Part shown: positions 36,682 through 51,424 of the stretch, in pieces
Numbering within the stretch: position 1 is the stretch's first letter
How the letters are laid out: the number at the start of each line of letters is the position of its first letter
From: Flectonema sp. DT1601
Lineage: Eukaryota
Assembly (NCBI GenBank): GCA_964019425.1
Contig: OZ025798.1
Span: 1 to 64,000 of the forward strand
DNA: 64,000 nucleotides
Direction: 5' to 3'
Position numbers and translations under genes: made by a program
The notes under the pieces: generated by a model
What the model was told of the DNA's origin: nothing
What the model saw: the letters and a program-made list of their open reading frames with translations, nothing else
Databases searched by the model: none

Positions 36682-39422
36682 TTTTTTTGGTTGTTTTTTT
36701 TTATTTATGTATTTGTTTGTTTTTTTTGATTAGCGGGGAGTGGAACCCCTTTTTTTATTTTTTATTTTATTTTTTTGAAGATTACACAGGGAAGTTTCCC
36801 TCATGTTACTTACTTTATTTTTATTTTTTTTTTATTTTTTTTTAAGAAAAACACTTTATTCCTTGCCTCATTGCCATCACTTCACTTCCTTCTTTATCCT
36901 GTACTCGAAAAGAGAAAAACGAGGATAAACGGTTGAAGGAAAAAAGAGATGGAATTAAAATAAAAAGAAGAAAAAAGAAACACACTTTCACAGATTCAGA
37001 TATTCTTTTGAAATGTAGAAATTGCAATGCTTCAACTGGGGAGGTGGGTGTAATGATAATGTAAGGCTACAATTAAAAAACAAAAGGAAGGGTATTGCTG
37101 AAGAAGATTAAAAATGAAGGAGTTGGTTGTATGCACCCGAAGCTGTCCAAGAAAGGCACATCAACGGTAAAATAAACAAAAAAAGAAAACACTTTTACAA
37201 CGATCTCTATCTTCAACGGAGATCACTCAAAAACACATTTTACTTCTCAAAAACTAACAATCAAATATTCGATATAAACTGAACTGATGAAAATATAAAA
37301 AAAACTAAAAAAACAAAAAAAAACAGAACTCAAAACAAGGACATTAGCCTAAAAAAAGGATTAATCGCCTCTCCTTCATCCACTCCGAAAACGGAGGAAA
37401 CGAAGAACGAGAAGCCAGATGGTGATTTCCCTCCAACCTAACACTTCAACATACATGAGAAGACATGAAGAAGAAGAAGACAGAAAGGAGAGAGAGCATG
37501 TGTTTTTGTGGGTTGTGTTGTGTTGTGTACTATAATGTTAACAATAACAACAACAACCCACAAGAAAGAAAAATAAAAGGAAAAAGGAAAAGAATAGTGT
37601 AAATTAATATTCAACGGAAAGGGAAGGAAACAAAGCAAACACCCACAGAAGCAGGGAATACACATGTTTTCAAGAAAAACCCATCATTTTCATCATCATC
37701 ATCATCATCATCATCACATTTATCATTTTCCTCATACCCCTCCGCGACTTCGCAGAGGAACTGAGGGAAGAACGATGATGATGATAATAAATAATGGGAA
37801 CACACATTCAACAAATTATTATCAACAAATTAGACCCACTGCTCTAAACCCAACAAGCAGCAGTCTTGAATTCGGACCGCGCAGAAGCGATGAAACCAAG
37901 CAAAGCAGACATGACCAACAAGATACATGAAATCACAAAAAGAGTACAACTGTGCTAACAGCAGACCCAAATAAATATAATCGACTCCCATCTCTCTCAT
38001 CTCCAAAATGAGATGGAATCGAATCCGTCTGCGGAATACACAACAACACTGACAGGTTGGCTCCTCTCAGTTGTTGTGACACATCACACAAACAGAAGTC
38101 AAAATGAAAGAATCAAATTGAAGAAAAGAAAAAGGTCGCTGCCACAGCTTAGGTTTCATCTCTTCTTCCCAAATATATAAAACAGAAACAAACCTCCCGC
38201 AACATGGGGGCAAAAGGGAACACGGTCATTTCTTTCTGACAACCACAAAACTAATCAAGACAGGACCAACGGTCACTGGACTGATTAGAATGAAGAAGAA
38301 AGAAAGAAAAAGGAATTCATTTTATTTTATTTTACTTAATTTGCATTTTGGAATCCAACACAAGGACACCCAAAAAAAAAAAAAAAAAAAAAGGATAAAT
38401 AAACATCCTAAAAACCACATCTCACAAAAAAAAAAAAAAAAAAAAGAAAACCAGAAAAGGAAACATACAACCTCCTCCAACAAAAACAAATCTTTCCACA
38501 GACACACCAACCGACGGAAAATCGGACAATTTCCTTTCTTTCCAACCTTACGAGAAAAAAACATACACAACCACCCAATTAAGAAAAGTGAAGCATTGCG
38601 TGTAAAAAACTAAAATGAATATCAAGGTAAACTCTCCGTGCAAGTATTCCTCCCTCCACCCTAATGAGATTAAAACGGTGAGTGAGTGTGAAAAGTTACT
38701 CAACGATGAGGAAAGGGAGGAAGGGTTTTTACTTGCGAGTGTGTTGAAAAAAAACAAAAAACTAAAATTAAAATTAAAATAAAAAAAAAAGGAAAAGGCA
38801 AGACACTAATATTCATTCAGCGACTGTACACCTGAAAAAGGAGGGGTAGAGATTGGGATGTGCGAAATTGAGAAAAAACATGAAGAATGGTCGGTGAAGT
38901 TGTTTTTTTTTTTAATTACTATTATTTATTTGTTTATTTCTTTTGGTGGCTGTGGGTTTGGGTGTGGGATAGGACGATCGAGACAGGAAGTACAGTCGCT
39001 ATTATGGAGGGCAAGTATTCTTTTCAAGAAAATTAACAAAACAGAACAAATTAAAGCAGTACCCGGAAGATATTAAATTAGGTGAAAATGACTTCCAGTT
39101 ATTTGTACAAAAGAAAAAAGAACCCCAAAACCCGATGCACGCAGGGGTTGCCAGGAGATTTTCAAATGGGTGAAGTTACTCCGAGCAATCCCTGCGTGCA
39201 ATGTTTATAAAAAATAAAAATAAATGAAAACAAGTCGATTAATACTTTTTTTTTTTTTTTTTTTTTTTTTAAATAATGTTCTGGCATAACAAGAGCCAAT
39301 GAGTGACGAGGACAAACAAACGAAGGAACTGAAAGTTTATCAACAACAAAGATGATGATGTTGATGTTGATGAGGAAGAAGATGAAAAAGTCGCTCCAAA
39401 AACAATTTGAACCATCGACGGT

Positions 39423-40331
39423 TCAGATCATTCTCTTAGCTTTGCGACTTCCCAGCAATCCACTTACTCCCCCCAGGTAGACGACTACCTGGATGGGAAA
39501 TGTCAACACCACAAACATATATTCCTTCCATGTAGTACTAAAATACCAACTGCTGATCATCGCAATGATCAAAACAGGAGGTGGGTACAAGGAGATATAC
39601 AACTTTGCGACAAACAAAAATACAGAAACAACCACCCCGATGCCTTCAAAGACTTCGGGGTGTAGGTGAGCGTAATATAAAACTGACACAATCAACACAA
39701 CGGTGACGAGGAGACACGCACAAAGCTGTCTCACGAAGAAGTCGCCATCCGTTGGTGCGTCGGTGGTCATCCGGTCTCGGAATGAACTCCGCGGTTGTCT
39801 GTTTGGCATCATTGCCTGAGGATGGCTCAGCGACGATGCACGTACTTGTGGTTGTGGTTGTGGTTGTGGTTGTGGTTGTGCCAGTGGTTCGCCCCAAACA
39901 CGCTGTGATGTGAGCGGCTGAGGTGCTGAATGCTGAAGTAGTTGTTGCTGTTGCTGGTGTCGTAGTTCTTGCTGATGTTGCTGTTGTTGGAATGTCGAAT
40001 GCTGCGTTGGTCGAGACAACGTCAGTGGTGGTAGTGGCGGCTGCTGCTGTTGATGCTGTAGCTGTTGATGTTCTTCTTGTTCTTGTGGTAGTAGTAGTGG
40101 CTGCACCAACGATGGCTGCTCTTCCTGCTGCTCCCGATCTTCCGAAACACGAATCGCGTCCTTCACTCCCCGAAGCAAGTCCCTTCGTTCCCTCTCCTGA
40201 GACTCTCTCCGTCTCTGATGCTCCCTTCTGGGAGAGGCACCGCGCTTACTGGTGCCCCTCCCACTCTCAATCCCAGCACCGCGGTGGATCTCCTCCTCGG
40301 ACTCCCACGGCGTTAACGTTGTCCAGAACAT
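39423..40331 (-). CDS. Hypothetical Gln-rich membrane protein, intact, 302 aa
   Basis: Same translation as 27531-28439. Confidence 0.7.
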   Translation of the reverse strand: MFWTTLTPWESEEEIHRGAGIESGRGTSKRGASPRREHQRRRESQERERRDLLRGVKDAIRVSEDREQQEEQPSLVQPLLLPQEQEEHQQLQHQQQQPPLPPLTLSRPTQHSTFQQQQHQQELRHQQQQQLLQHSAPQPLTSQRVWGEPLAQPQPQPQPQPQVRASSLSHPQAMMPNRQPRSSFRDRMTTDAPTDGDFFVRQLCACLLVTVVLIVSVLYYAHLHPEVFEGIGVVVSVFLFVAKLYISLYPPPVLIIAMISSWYFSTTWKEYMFVVLTFPIQVVVYLGGVSGLLGSRKAKRMI

Positions 40332-43300
40332 GATTTAGGTTTAGAACTTTTCGATACGGCTGCCTGTGGAAATAAAAAGATAATTACAACAATACACCAA
40401 TCACTCGTTCTCAGGGTCTCAATAAAACAAAACACATTATTCCCCCCAACCACCCCCTCCTCCCTGCTGCTCTCCAGCTTGTGGCTTTCATTAAATTTCC
40501 TGAACCTGTAGAATACAATAATCTGAACAACATCAACAAACGTTTTGAGACACATCAATTATTAGGGAAGTGGAACCCTTTTTTTGTATTTTTTTTTATT
40601 TTATTTTCACAGGGAGGTTCCCCTGCTATTTATTTTTTTTTTTTATGTTTGTTATTATTATTATTATTATTATTATTTTTTTTTGGTTGTTTTTTTTTAT
40701 TTATGTATTTGTTTGTTTTTTTTGATTAGCGGGGAGTGGAACCCCTTTTTTTATTTTTTATTTTATTTTTTTGAAGATTACACAGGGAAGTTTCCCTCAT
40801 GTTACTTACTTTATTTTTATTTTTTTTTTATTTTTTTTTAAGAAAAACACTTTATTCCTTGCCTCATTGCCATCACTTCACTTCCTTCTTTATCCTGTAC
40901 TCGAAAAGAGAAAAACGAGGATAAACGGTTGAAGGAAAAAAGAGATGGAATTAAAATAAAAAGAAGAAAAAAGAAACACACTTTCACAGATTCAGATATT
41001 CTTTTGAAATGTAGAAATTGCAATGCTTCAACTGGGGAGGTGGGTGTAATGATAATGTAAGGCTACAATTAAAAAACAAAAGGAAGGGTATTGCTGAAGA
41101 AGATTAAAAATGAAGGAGTTGGTTGTATGCAACCGAAGCTGTCCAAGAAAGGCACATCAACGGTAAAATAAACAAAAAAAGAAAACGCTTTTACAACGAT
41201 CTCTATCTTCAACGGAGATCACTCAAAAACACATTTTACTTCTCAAAAACTAACAATCAAATATTCGATATAAACTGAACTGATGAAAATATAAAAAAAA
41301 CTAAAAAAACAAAAAAAAACAGAACTCAAAACAAGGACATTAGCCTAAAAAAAGGATTAATCGCCTCTCCTTCATCCACTCCGAAAACGGAGGAAACGAA
41401 GAACGAGAAGCCAGATGGTGATTTCCCTCCAACCTAACACTTCAACATACATGAGAAGACATGAAGAAGAAGAAGACAGAAAGGAGAGAGAGCATGTGTT
41501 TTTGTGGGTTGTGTTGTGTTGTGTACTATAATGTTAACAATAACAACAACAACCCACAAGAAAGAAAAATAAAAGGAAAAAGGAAAAGAATAGTGTAAAT
41601 TAATATTCAACGGAAAGGGAAGGAAACAAAGCAAACACCCACAGAAGCAGGGAATACACATGTTTTCAAGAAAAACCCATCATTTTCATCATCATCATCA
41701 TCATCATCATCACATTTATCATTTTCCTCATACCCCTCCGCGACTTCGCAGAGGAACTGAGGGAAGAACGATGATGATGATAATAAATAATGGGAACACA
41801 CATTCAACAAATTATTATCAACAAATTAGACCCACTGCTCTAAACCCAACAAGCAGCAGTCTTGAATTCGGACCGCGCAGAAGCGATGAAACCAAGCAAA
41901 GCAGACATGACCAACAAGATACATGAAATCACAAAAAGAGTACAACTGTGCTAACAGCAGACCCAAATAAATATAATCGACTCCCATCTCTCTCATCTCC
42001 AAAATGAGATGGAATCGAATCCGTCTGCGGAATACACAACAACACTGACAGGTTGGCTCCTCTCAGTTGTTGTGACACATCACACAAACAGAAGTCAAAA
42101 TGAAAGAATCAAATTGAAGAAAAGAAAAAGGTCGCTGCCACAGCTTAGGTTTCATCTCTTCTTCCCAAATATATAAAACAGAAACAAACCTCCCGCAACA
42201 CGGGGGCAAAAGGGAACACGGTCATTTCTTTCTGACAACCACAAAACTAATCAAGACAGGACCAACGGTCACTGGACTGATTAGAATGAAGAAGAAAGAA
42301 AGAAAAAGGAATTCATTTTATTTTATTTTACTTAATTTGCATTTTGGAATCCAACACAAGGACACCCAAAAAAAAAAAAAAAAAAAAAGGATAAATAAAC
42401 ATCCTAAAAACCACATCTCACAAAAAAAAAAAAAAAAAAAAGAAAACCAGAAAAGGAAACATACAACCTCCTCCAACAAAAACAAATCTTTCCACAGACA
42501 CACCAACCGACGGAAAATCGGACAATTTCCTTTCTTTCCAACCTTACGAGAAAAAAACATACACAACCACCCAATTAAGAAAAGTGAAGCATTGCGTGTA
42601 AAAAACTAAAATGAATATCAAGGTAAACTCTCCGTGCAAGTATTCCTCCCTCCACCCTAATGAGATTAAAACGGTGAGTGAGTGTGAAAAGTTACTCAAC
42701 GATGAGGAAAGGGAGGAAGGGTTTTTACTTGCGAGTGTGTTGAAAAAAAACAAAAAACTAAAATTAAAATTAAAATAAAAAAAAAAGGAAAAGGCAAGAC
42801 ACTAATATTCATTCAGCGACTGTACACCTGAAAAAGGAGGGGTAGAGATTGGGATGTGCGAAATTGAGAAAAAACATGAAGAATGGTCGGTGAAGTTGTT
42901 TTTTTTTTTAATTACTATTATTTATTTGTTTATTTCTTTTGGTGGCTGTGGGTTTGGGTGTGGGATAGGACGATCGAGACAGGAAGTACAGTCGCTATTA
43001 TGGAGGGCAAGTATTCTTTTCAAGAAAATTAACAAAACAGAACAAATTAAAGCAGTACCCGGAAGATATTAAATTAGGTGAAAATGACTTCCAGTTATTT
43101 GTACAAAAGAAAAAAGAACCCCAAAACCCGATGCACGCAGGGGTTGCCAGGAGATTTTCAAATGGGTGAAGTTACTCCGAGCAATCCCTGCGTGCAATGT
43201 TTATAAAAAATAAAAATAAATGAAAACAAGTCGATTAATACTTTTTTTTTTTTTTTTTTTTTTTTTAAATAATGTTCTGGCATAACAAGAGCCAATGAGT

Positions 43301-43418
43301 GACGAGGACAAACAAACGAAGGAACTGAAAGTTTATCAACAACAAAGATGATGATGTTGATGTTGATGAGGAAGAAGATGAAAAAGTCGCTCCAAAAACA
43401 ATTTGAACCATCGACGGT

Positions 43419-44327
43419 TCAGATCATTCTCTTAGCTTTGCGACTTCCCAGCAATCCACTTACTCCCCCCAGGTAGACGACTACCTGGATGGGAAATGTC
43501 AACACCACAAACATATATTCCTTCCATGTAGTACTAAAATACCAACTGCTGATCATCGCAATGATCAAAACAGGAGGTGGGTACAAGGAGATATACAACT
43601 TTGCGACAAACAAAAATACAGAAACAACCACCCCGATGCCTTCAAAGACTTCGGGGTGTAGGTGAGCGTAATATAAAACTGACACAATCAACACAACGGT
43701 GACGAGGAGACACGCACAAAGCTGTCTCACGAAGAAGTCGCCATCCGTTGGTGCGTCGGTGGTCATCCGGTCTCGGAATGAACTCCGCGGTTGTCTGTTT
43801 GGCATCATTGCCTGAGGATGGCTCAGCGACGATGCACGTACTTGTGGTTGTGGTTGTGGTTGTGGTTGTGGTTGTGCCAGTGGTTCGCCCCAAACACGCT
43901 GTGATGTGAGCGGCTGAGGTGCTGAATGCTGAAGTAGTTGTTGCTGTTGCTGGTGTCGTAGTTCTTGCTGATGTTGCTGTTGTTGGAATGTCGAATGCTG
44001 CGTTGGTCGAGACAACGTCAGTGGTGGTAGTGGCGGCTGCTGCTGTTGATGCTGTAGCTGTTGATGTTCTTCTTGTTCTTGTGGTAGTAGTAGTGGCTGC
44101 ACCAACGATGGCTGCTCTTCCTGCTGCTCCCGATCTTCCGAAACACGAATCGCGTCCTTCACTCCCCGAAGCAAGTCCCTTCGTTCCCTCTCCTGAGACT
44201 CTCTCCGTCTCTGATGCTCCCTTCTGGGAGAGGCACCGCGCTTACTGGTGCCCCTCCCACTCTCAATCCCAGCACCGCGGTGGATCTCCTCCTCGGACTC
44301 CCACGGCGTTAACGTTGTCCAGAACAT
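43419..44327 (-). CDS. Hypothetical Gln-rich membrane protein, intact, 302 aa
   Basis: Same translation as 27531-28439. Confidence 0.7.
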   Translation of the reverse strand: MFWTTLTPWESEEEIHRGAGIESGRGTSKRGASPRREHQRRRESQERERRDLLRGVKDAIRVSEDREQQEEQPSLVQPLLLPQEQEEHQQLQHQQQQPPLPPLTLSRPTQHSTFQQQQHQQELRHQQQQQLLQHSAPQPLTSQRVWGEPLAQPQPQPQPQPQVRASSLSHPQAMMPNRQPRSSFRDRMTTDAPTDGDFFVRQLCACLLVTVVLIVSVLYYAHLHPEVFEGIGVVVSVFLFVAKLYISLYPPPVLIIAMISSWYFSTTWKEYMFVVLTFPIQVVVYLGGVSGLLGSRKAKRMI

Positions 44328-47300
44328 GATTTAGGTTTAGAACTTTTCGATACGGCTGCCTGTGGAAATAAAAAGATAATTACAACAATACACCAATCAC
44401 TCGTTCTCAGGGTCTCAATAAAACAAAACACATTATTCCCCCCAACCACCCCCTCCTCCCTGCTGCTCTCCAGCTTGTGGCTTTCATTAAATTTCCTGAA
44501 CCTGTAGAATACAATAATCTGAACAACATCAACAAACGTTTTGAGACACATCAATTATTAGGGAAGTGGAACCCTTTTTTTGTATTTTTTTTTATTTTAT
44601 TTTCACAGGGAGGTTCCCCTGCTATTTATTTTTTTTTTTTATGTTTGTTATTATTATTATTATTATTATTATTTTTTTTTGGTTGTTTTTTTTTATTTAT
44701 GTATTTGTTTGTTTTTTTTGATTAGCGGGGAGTGGAACCCCTTTTTTTATTTTTTATTTTATTTTTTTGAAGATTACACAGGGAAGTTTCCCTCATGTTA
44801 CTTACTTTATTTTTATTTTTTTTTTATTTTTTTTTAAGAAAAACACTTTATTCCTTGCCTCATTGCCATCACTTCACTTCCTTCTTTATCCTGTACTCGA
44901 AAAGAGAAAAACGAGGATAAACGGTTGAAGGAAAAAAGAGATGGAATTAAAATAAAAAGAAGAAAAAAGAAACACACTTTCACAGATTCAGATATTCTTT
45001 TGAAATGTAGAAATTGCAATGCTTCAACTGGGGAGGTGGGTGTAATGATAATGTAAGGCTACAATTAAAAAACAAAAGGAAGGGTATTGCTGAAGAAGAT
45101 TAAAAATGAAGGAGTTGGTTGTATGCAACCGAAGCTGTCCAAGAAAGGCACATCAACGGTAAAATAAACAAAAAAAGAAAACGCTTTTACAACGATCTCT
45201 ATCTTCAACGGAGATCACTCAAAAACACATTTTACTTCTCAAAAACTAACAATCAAATATTCGATATAAACTGAACTGATGAAAATATAAAAAAAACTAA
45301 AAAAACAAAAAAAAACAGAACTCAAAACAAGGACATTAGCCTAAAAAAAGGATTAATCGCCTCTCCTTCATCCACTCCGAAAACGGAGGAAACGAAGAAC
45401 GAGAAGCCAGATGGTGATTTCCCTCCAACCTAACACTTCAACATACATGAGAAGACATGAAGAAGAAGAAGACAGAAAGGAGAGAGAGCATGTGTTTTTG
45501 TGGGTTGTGTTGTGTTGTGTACTATAATGTTAACAATAACAACAACAACCCACAAGAAAGAAAAATAAAAGGAAAAAGGAAAAGAATAGTGTAAATTAAT
45601 ATTCAACGGAAAGGGAAGGAAACAAAGCAAACACCCACAGAAGCAGGGAATACACATGTTTTCAAGAAAAACCCATCATTTTCATCATCATCATCATCAT
45701 CATCATCACATTTATCATTTTCCTCATACCCCTCCGCGACTTCGCAGAGGAACTGAGGGAAGAACGATGATGATGATAATAAATAATGGGAACACACATT
45801 CAACAAATTATTATCAACAAATTAGACCCACTGCTCTAAACCCAACAAGCAGCAGTCTTGAATTCGGACCGCGCAGAAGCGATGAAACCAAGCAAAGCAG
45901 ACATGACCAACAAGATACATGAAATCACAAAAAGAGTACAACTGTGCTAACAGCAGACCCAAATAAATATAATCGACTCCCATCTCTCTCATCTCCAAAA
46001 TGAGATGGAATCGAATCCGTCTGCGGAATACACAACAACACTGACAGGTTGGCTCCTCTCAGTTGTTGTGACACATCACACAAACAGAAGTCAAAATGAA
46101 AGAATCAAATTGAAGAAAAGAAAAAGGTCGCTGCCACAGCTTAGGTTTCATCTCTTCTTCCCAAATATATAAAACAGAAACAAACCTCCCGCAACACGGG
46201 GGCAAAAGGGAACACGGTCATTTCTTTCTGACAACCACAAAACTAATCAAGACAGGACCAACGGTCACTGGACTGATTAGAATGAAGAAGAAAGAAAGAA
46301 AAAGGAATTCATTTTATTTTATTTTACTTAATTTGCATTTTGGAATCCAACACAAGGACACCCAAAAAAAAAAAAAAAAAAAAAGGATAAATAAACATCC
46401 TAAAAACCACATCTCACAAAAAAAAAAAAAAAAAAAAGAAAACCAGAAAAGGAAACATACAACCTCCTCCAACAAAAACAAATCTTTCCACAGACACACC
46501 AACCGACGGAAAATCGGACAATTTCCTTTCTTTCCAACCTTACGAGAAAAAAACATACACAACCACCCAATTAAGAAAAGTGAAGCATTGCGTGTAAAAA
46601 ACTAAAATGAATATCAAGGTAAACTCTCCGTGCAAGTATTCCTCCCTCCACCCTAATGAGATTAAAACGGTGAGTGAGTGTGAAAAGTTACTCAACGATG
46701 AGGAAAGGGAGGAAGGGTTTTTACTTGCGAGTGTGTTGAAAAAAAACAAAAAACTAAAATTAAAATTAAAATAAAAAAAAAAGGAAAAGGCAAGACACTA
46801 ATATTCATTCAGCGACTGTACACCTGAAAAAGGAGGGGTAGAGATTGGGATGTGCGAAATTGAGAAAAAACATGAAGAATGGTCGGTGAAGTTGTTTTTT
46901 TTTTTAATTACTATTATTTATTTGTTTATTTCTTTTGGTGGCTGTGGGTTTGGGTGTGGGATAGGACGATCGAGACAGGAAGTACAGTCGCTATTATGGA
47001 GGGCAAGTATTCTTTTCAAGAAAATTAACAAAACAGAACAAATTAAAGCAGTACCCGGAAGATATTAAATTAGGTGAAAATGACTTCCAGTTATTTGTAC
47101 AAAAGAAAAAAGAACCCCAAAACCCGATGCACGCAGGGGTTGCCAGGAGATTTTCAAATGGGTGAAGTTACTCCGAGCAATCCCTGCGTGCAATGTTTAT
47201 AAAAAATAAAAATAAATGAAAACAAGTCGATTAATACTTTTTTTTTTTTTTTTTTTTTTTTTAAATAATGTTCTGGCATAACAAGAGCCAATGAGTGACG

Positions 47301-47414
47301 AGGACAAACAAACGAAGGAACTGAAAGTTTATCAACAACAAAGATGATGATGTTGATGTTGATGAGGAAGAAGATGAAAAAGTCGCTCCAAAAACAATTT
47401 GAACCATCGACGGT

Positions 47415-48323
47415 TCAGATCATTCTCTTAGCTTTGCGACTTCCCAGCAATCCACTTACTCCCCCCAGGTAGACGACTACCTGGATGGGAAATGTCAACA
47501 CCACAAACATATATTCCTTCCATGTAGTACTAAAATACCAACTGCTGATCATCGCAATGATCAAAACAGGAGGTGGGTACAAGGAGATATACAACTTTGC
47601 GACAAACAAAAATACAGAAACAACCACCCCGATGCCTTCAAAGACTTCGGGGTGTAGGTGAGCGTAATATAAAACTGACACAATCAACACAACGGTGACG
47701 AGGAGACACGCACAAAGCTGTCTCACGAAGAAGTCGCCATCCGTTGGTGCGTCGGTGGTCATCCGGTCTCGGAATGAACTCCGCGGTTGTCTGTTTGGCA
47801 TCATTGCCTGAGGATGGCTCAGCGACGATGCACGTACTTGTGGTTGTGGTTGTGGTTGTGGTTGTGGTTGTGCCAGTGGTTCGCCCCAAACACGCTGTGA
47901 TGTGAGCGGCTGAGGTGCTGAATGCTGAAGTAGTTGTTGCTGTTGCTGGTGTCGTAGTTCTTGCTGATGTTGCTGTTGTTGGAATGTCGAATGCTGCGTT
48001 GGTCGAGACAACGTCAGTGGTGGTAGTGGCGGCTGCTGCTGTTGATGCTGTAGCTGTTGATGTTCTTCTTGTTCTTGTGGTAGTAGTAGTGGCTGCACCA
48101 ACGATGGCTGCTCTTCCTGCTGCTCCCGATCTTCCGAAACACGAATCGCGTCCTTCACTCCCCGAAGCAAGTCCCTTCGTTCCCTCTCCTGAGACTCTCT
48201 CCGTCTCTGATGCTCCCTTCTGGGAGAGGCACCGCGCTTACTGGTGCCCCTCCCACTCTCAATCCCAGCACCGCGGTGGATCTCCTCCTCGGACTCCCAC
48301 GGCGTTAACGTTGTCCAGAACAT
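47415..48323 (-). CDS. Hypothetical Gln-rich membrane protein, intact, 302 aa
   Basis: Same translation as 27531-28439. Confidence 0.7.
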   Translation of the reverse strand: MFWTTLTPWESEEEIHRGAGIESGRGTSKRGASPRREHQRRRESQERERRDLLRGVKDAIRVSEDREQQEEQPSLVQPLLLPQEQEEHQQLQHQQQQPPLPPLTLSRPTQHSTFQQQQHQQELRHQQQQQLLQHSAPQPLTSQRVWGEPLAQPQPQPQPQPQVRASSLSHPQAMMPNRQPRSSFRDRMTTDAPTDGDFFVRQLCACLLVTVVLIVSVLYYAHLHPEVFEGIGVVVSVFLFVAKLYISLYPPPVLIIAMISSWYFSTTWKEYMFVVLTFPIQVVVYLGGVSGLLGSRKAKRMI

Positions 48324-51300
48324 GATTTAGGTTTAGAACTTTTCGATACGGCTGCCTGTGGAAATAAAAAGATAATTACAACAATACACCAATCACTCGT
48401 TCTCAGGGTCTCAATAAAACAAAACACATTATTCCCCCCAACCACCCCCTCCTCCCTGCTGCTCTCCAGCTTGTGGCTTTCATTAAATTTCCTGAACCTG
48501 TAGAATACAATAATCTGAACAACATCAACAAACGTTTTGAGACACATCAATTATTAGGGAAGTGGAACCCTTTTTTTGTATTTTTTTTTATTTTATTTTC
48601 ACAGGGAGGTTCCCCTGCTATTTATTTTTTTTTTTTATGTTTGTTATTATTATTATTATTATTATTATTTTTTTTTGGTTGTTTTTTTTTATTTATGTAT
48701 TTGTTTGTTTTTTTTGATTAGCGGGGAGTGGAACCCCTTTTTTTATTTTTTATTTTATTTTTTTGAAGATTACACAGGGAAGTTTCCCTCATGTTACTTA
48801 CTTTATTTTTATTTTTTTTTTATTTTTTTTTAAGAAAAACACTTTATTCCTTGCCTCATTGCCATCACTTCACTTCCTTCTTTATCCTGTACTCGAAAAG
48901 AGAAAAACGAGGATAAACGGTTGAAGGAAAAAAGAGATGGAATTAAAATAAAAAGAAGAAAAAAGAAACACACTTTCACAGATTCAGATATTCTTTTGAA
49001 ATGTAGAAATTGCAATGCTTCAACTGGGGAGGTGGGTGTAATGATAATGTAAGGCTACAATTAAAAAACAAAAGGAAGGGTATTGCTGAAGAAGATTAAA
49101 AATGAAGGAGTTGGTTGTATGCACCCGAAGCTGTCCAAGAAAGGCACATCAACGGTAAAATAAACAAAAAAAGAAAACACTTTTACAACGATCTCTATCT
49201 TCAACGGAGATCACTCAAAAACACATTTTACTTCTCAAAAACTAACAATCAAATATTCGATATAAACTGAACTGATGAAAATATAAAAAAAACTAAAAAA
49301 ACAAAAAAAAACAGAACTCAAAACAAGGACATTAGCCTAAAAAAAGGATTAATCGCCTCTCCTTCATCCACTCCGAAAACGGAGGAAACGAAGAACGAGA
49401 AGCCAGATGGTGATTTCCCTCCAACCTAACACTTCAACATACATGAGAAGACATGAAGAAGAAGAAGACAGAAAGGAGAGAGAGCATGTGTTTTTGTGGG
49501 TTGTGTTGTGTTGTGTACTATAATGTTAACAATAACAACAACAACAACAACCCACAAGAAAGAAAAATAAAAGGAAAAAGGAAAAGAATAGTGTAAATTA
49601 ATATTCAACGGAAAGGGAAGGAAACAAAGCAAACACCCACAGAAGCAGGGAATACACATGTTTTCAAGAAAAACCCATCATTTTCATCATCATCATCATC
49701 ATCATCATCACATTTATCATTTTCCTCATACCCCTCCGCGACTTCGCAGAGGAACTGAGGGAAGAACGATGATGATGATAATAAATAATGGGAACACACA
49801 TTCAACAAATTATTATCAACTAATTAGACCCACTGCTCTAAACCCAACAAGCAGCAGTCTTGAATTCGGACCGCGCAGAAGCGATGAAACCAAGCAAAGC
49901 AGACATGACCAACAAGATACATGAAATCACAAAAAGAGTACAACTGTGCTAACAGCAGACCCAAATAAATATAATCGACTCCCATCTCTCTCATCTCCAA
50001 AATGAGATGGAATCGAATCCGTCTGCGGAATACACAACAACACTGACAGGTTGGCTCCTCTCAGTTGTTGTGACACATCACACAAACAGAAGTCAAAATG
50101 AAAGAATCAAATTGAAGAAAAGAAAAAGGTCGCTGCCACAGCTTAGGTTTCATCTCTTCTTCCCAAATATATAAAACAGAAACAAACCTCCCGCAACACG
50201 GGGGCAAAAGGGAACACGGTCATTTCTTTCTGACAACCACAAAACTAATCAAGACAGGACCAACGGTCACTGGACTGATTAGAATGAAGAAGAAAGAAAG
50301 AAAAAGGAATTCATTTTATTTTATTTTACTTAATTTGCATTTTGGAATCCAACACAAGGACACCCAAAAAAAAAAAAAAAAAAAAAGGATAAATAAACAT
50401 CCTAAAAACCACATCTCACAAAAAAAAAAAAAAAAAAAAGAAAACCAGAAAAGGAAACATACAACCTCCTCCAACAAAAACAAATCTTTCCACAGACACA
50501 CCAACCGACGGAAAATCGGACAATTTCCTTTCTTTCCAACCTTACGAGAAAAAAACATACACAACCACCCAATTAAGAAAAGTGAAGCATTGCGTGTAAA
50601 AAACTAAAATGAATATCAAGGTAAACTCTCCGTGCAAGTATTCCTCCCTCCACCCTAATGAGATTAAAACGGTGAGTGAGTGTGAAAAGTTACTCAACGA
50701 TGAGGAAAGGGAGGAAGGGTTTTTACTTGCGAGTGTGTTGAAAAAAAACAAAAAACTAAAATTAAAATTAAAATAAAAAAAAAAGGAAAAGGCAAGACAC
50801 TAATATTCATTCAGCGACTGTACACCTGAAAAAGGAGGGGTAGAGATTGGGATGTGCGAAATTGAGAAAAAACATGAAGAATGGTCGGTGAAGTTGTTTT
50901 TTTTTTTAATTACTATTATTTATTTGTTTATTTCTTTTGGTGGCTGTGGGTTTGGGTGTGGGATAGGACGATCGAGACAGGAAGTACAGTCGCTATTATG
51001 GAGGGCAAGTATTCTTTTCAAGAAAATTAACAAAACAGAACAAATTAAAGCAGTACCCGGAAGATATTAAATTAGGTGAAAATGACTTCCAGTTATTTGT
51101 ACAAAAGAAAAAAGAACCCCAAAACCCCAAAACCCGATGCACGCAGGGGTTGCCAGGAGATTTTCAAATGGGTGAAGTTACTCCGAGCAATCCCTGCGTG
51201 CAATGTTTATAAAAAATAAAAATAAATGAAAACAAGTCGATTAATACTTTTTTTTTTTTTTTTTTTTTTTTTAAATAATGTTCTGGCATAACAAGAGCCA

Positions 51301-51424
51301 ATGAGTGACGAGGACAAACAAACGAAGGAACTGAAAGTTTATCAACAACAAAGATGATGATGTTGATGTTGATGAGGAAGAAGATGAAAAAGTCGCTCCA
51401 AAAACAATTTGAACCATCGACGGT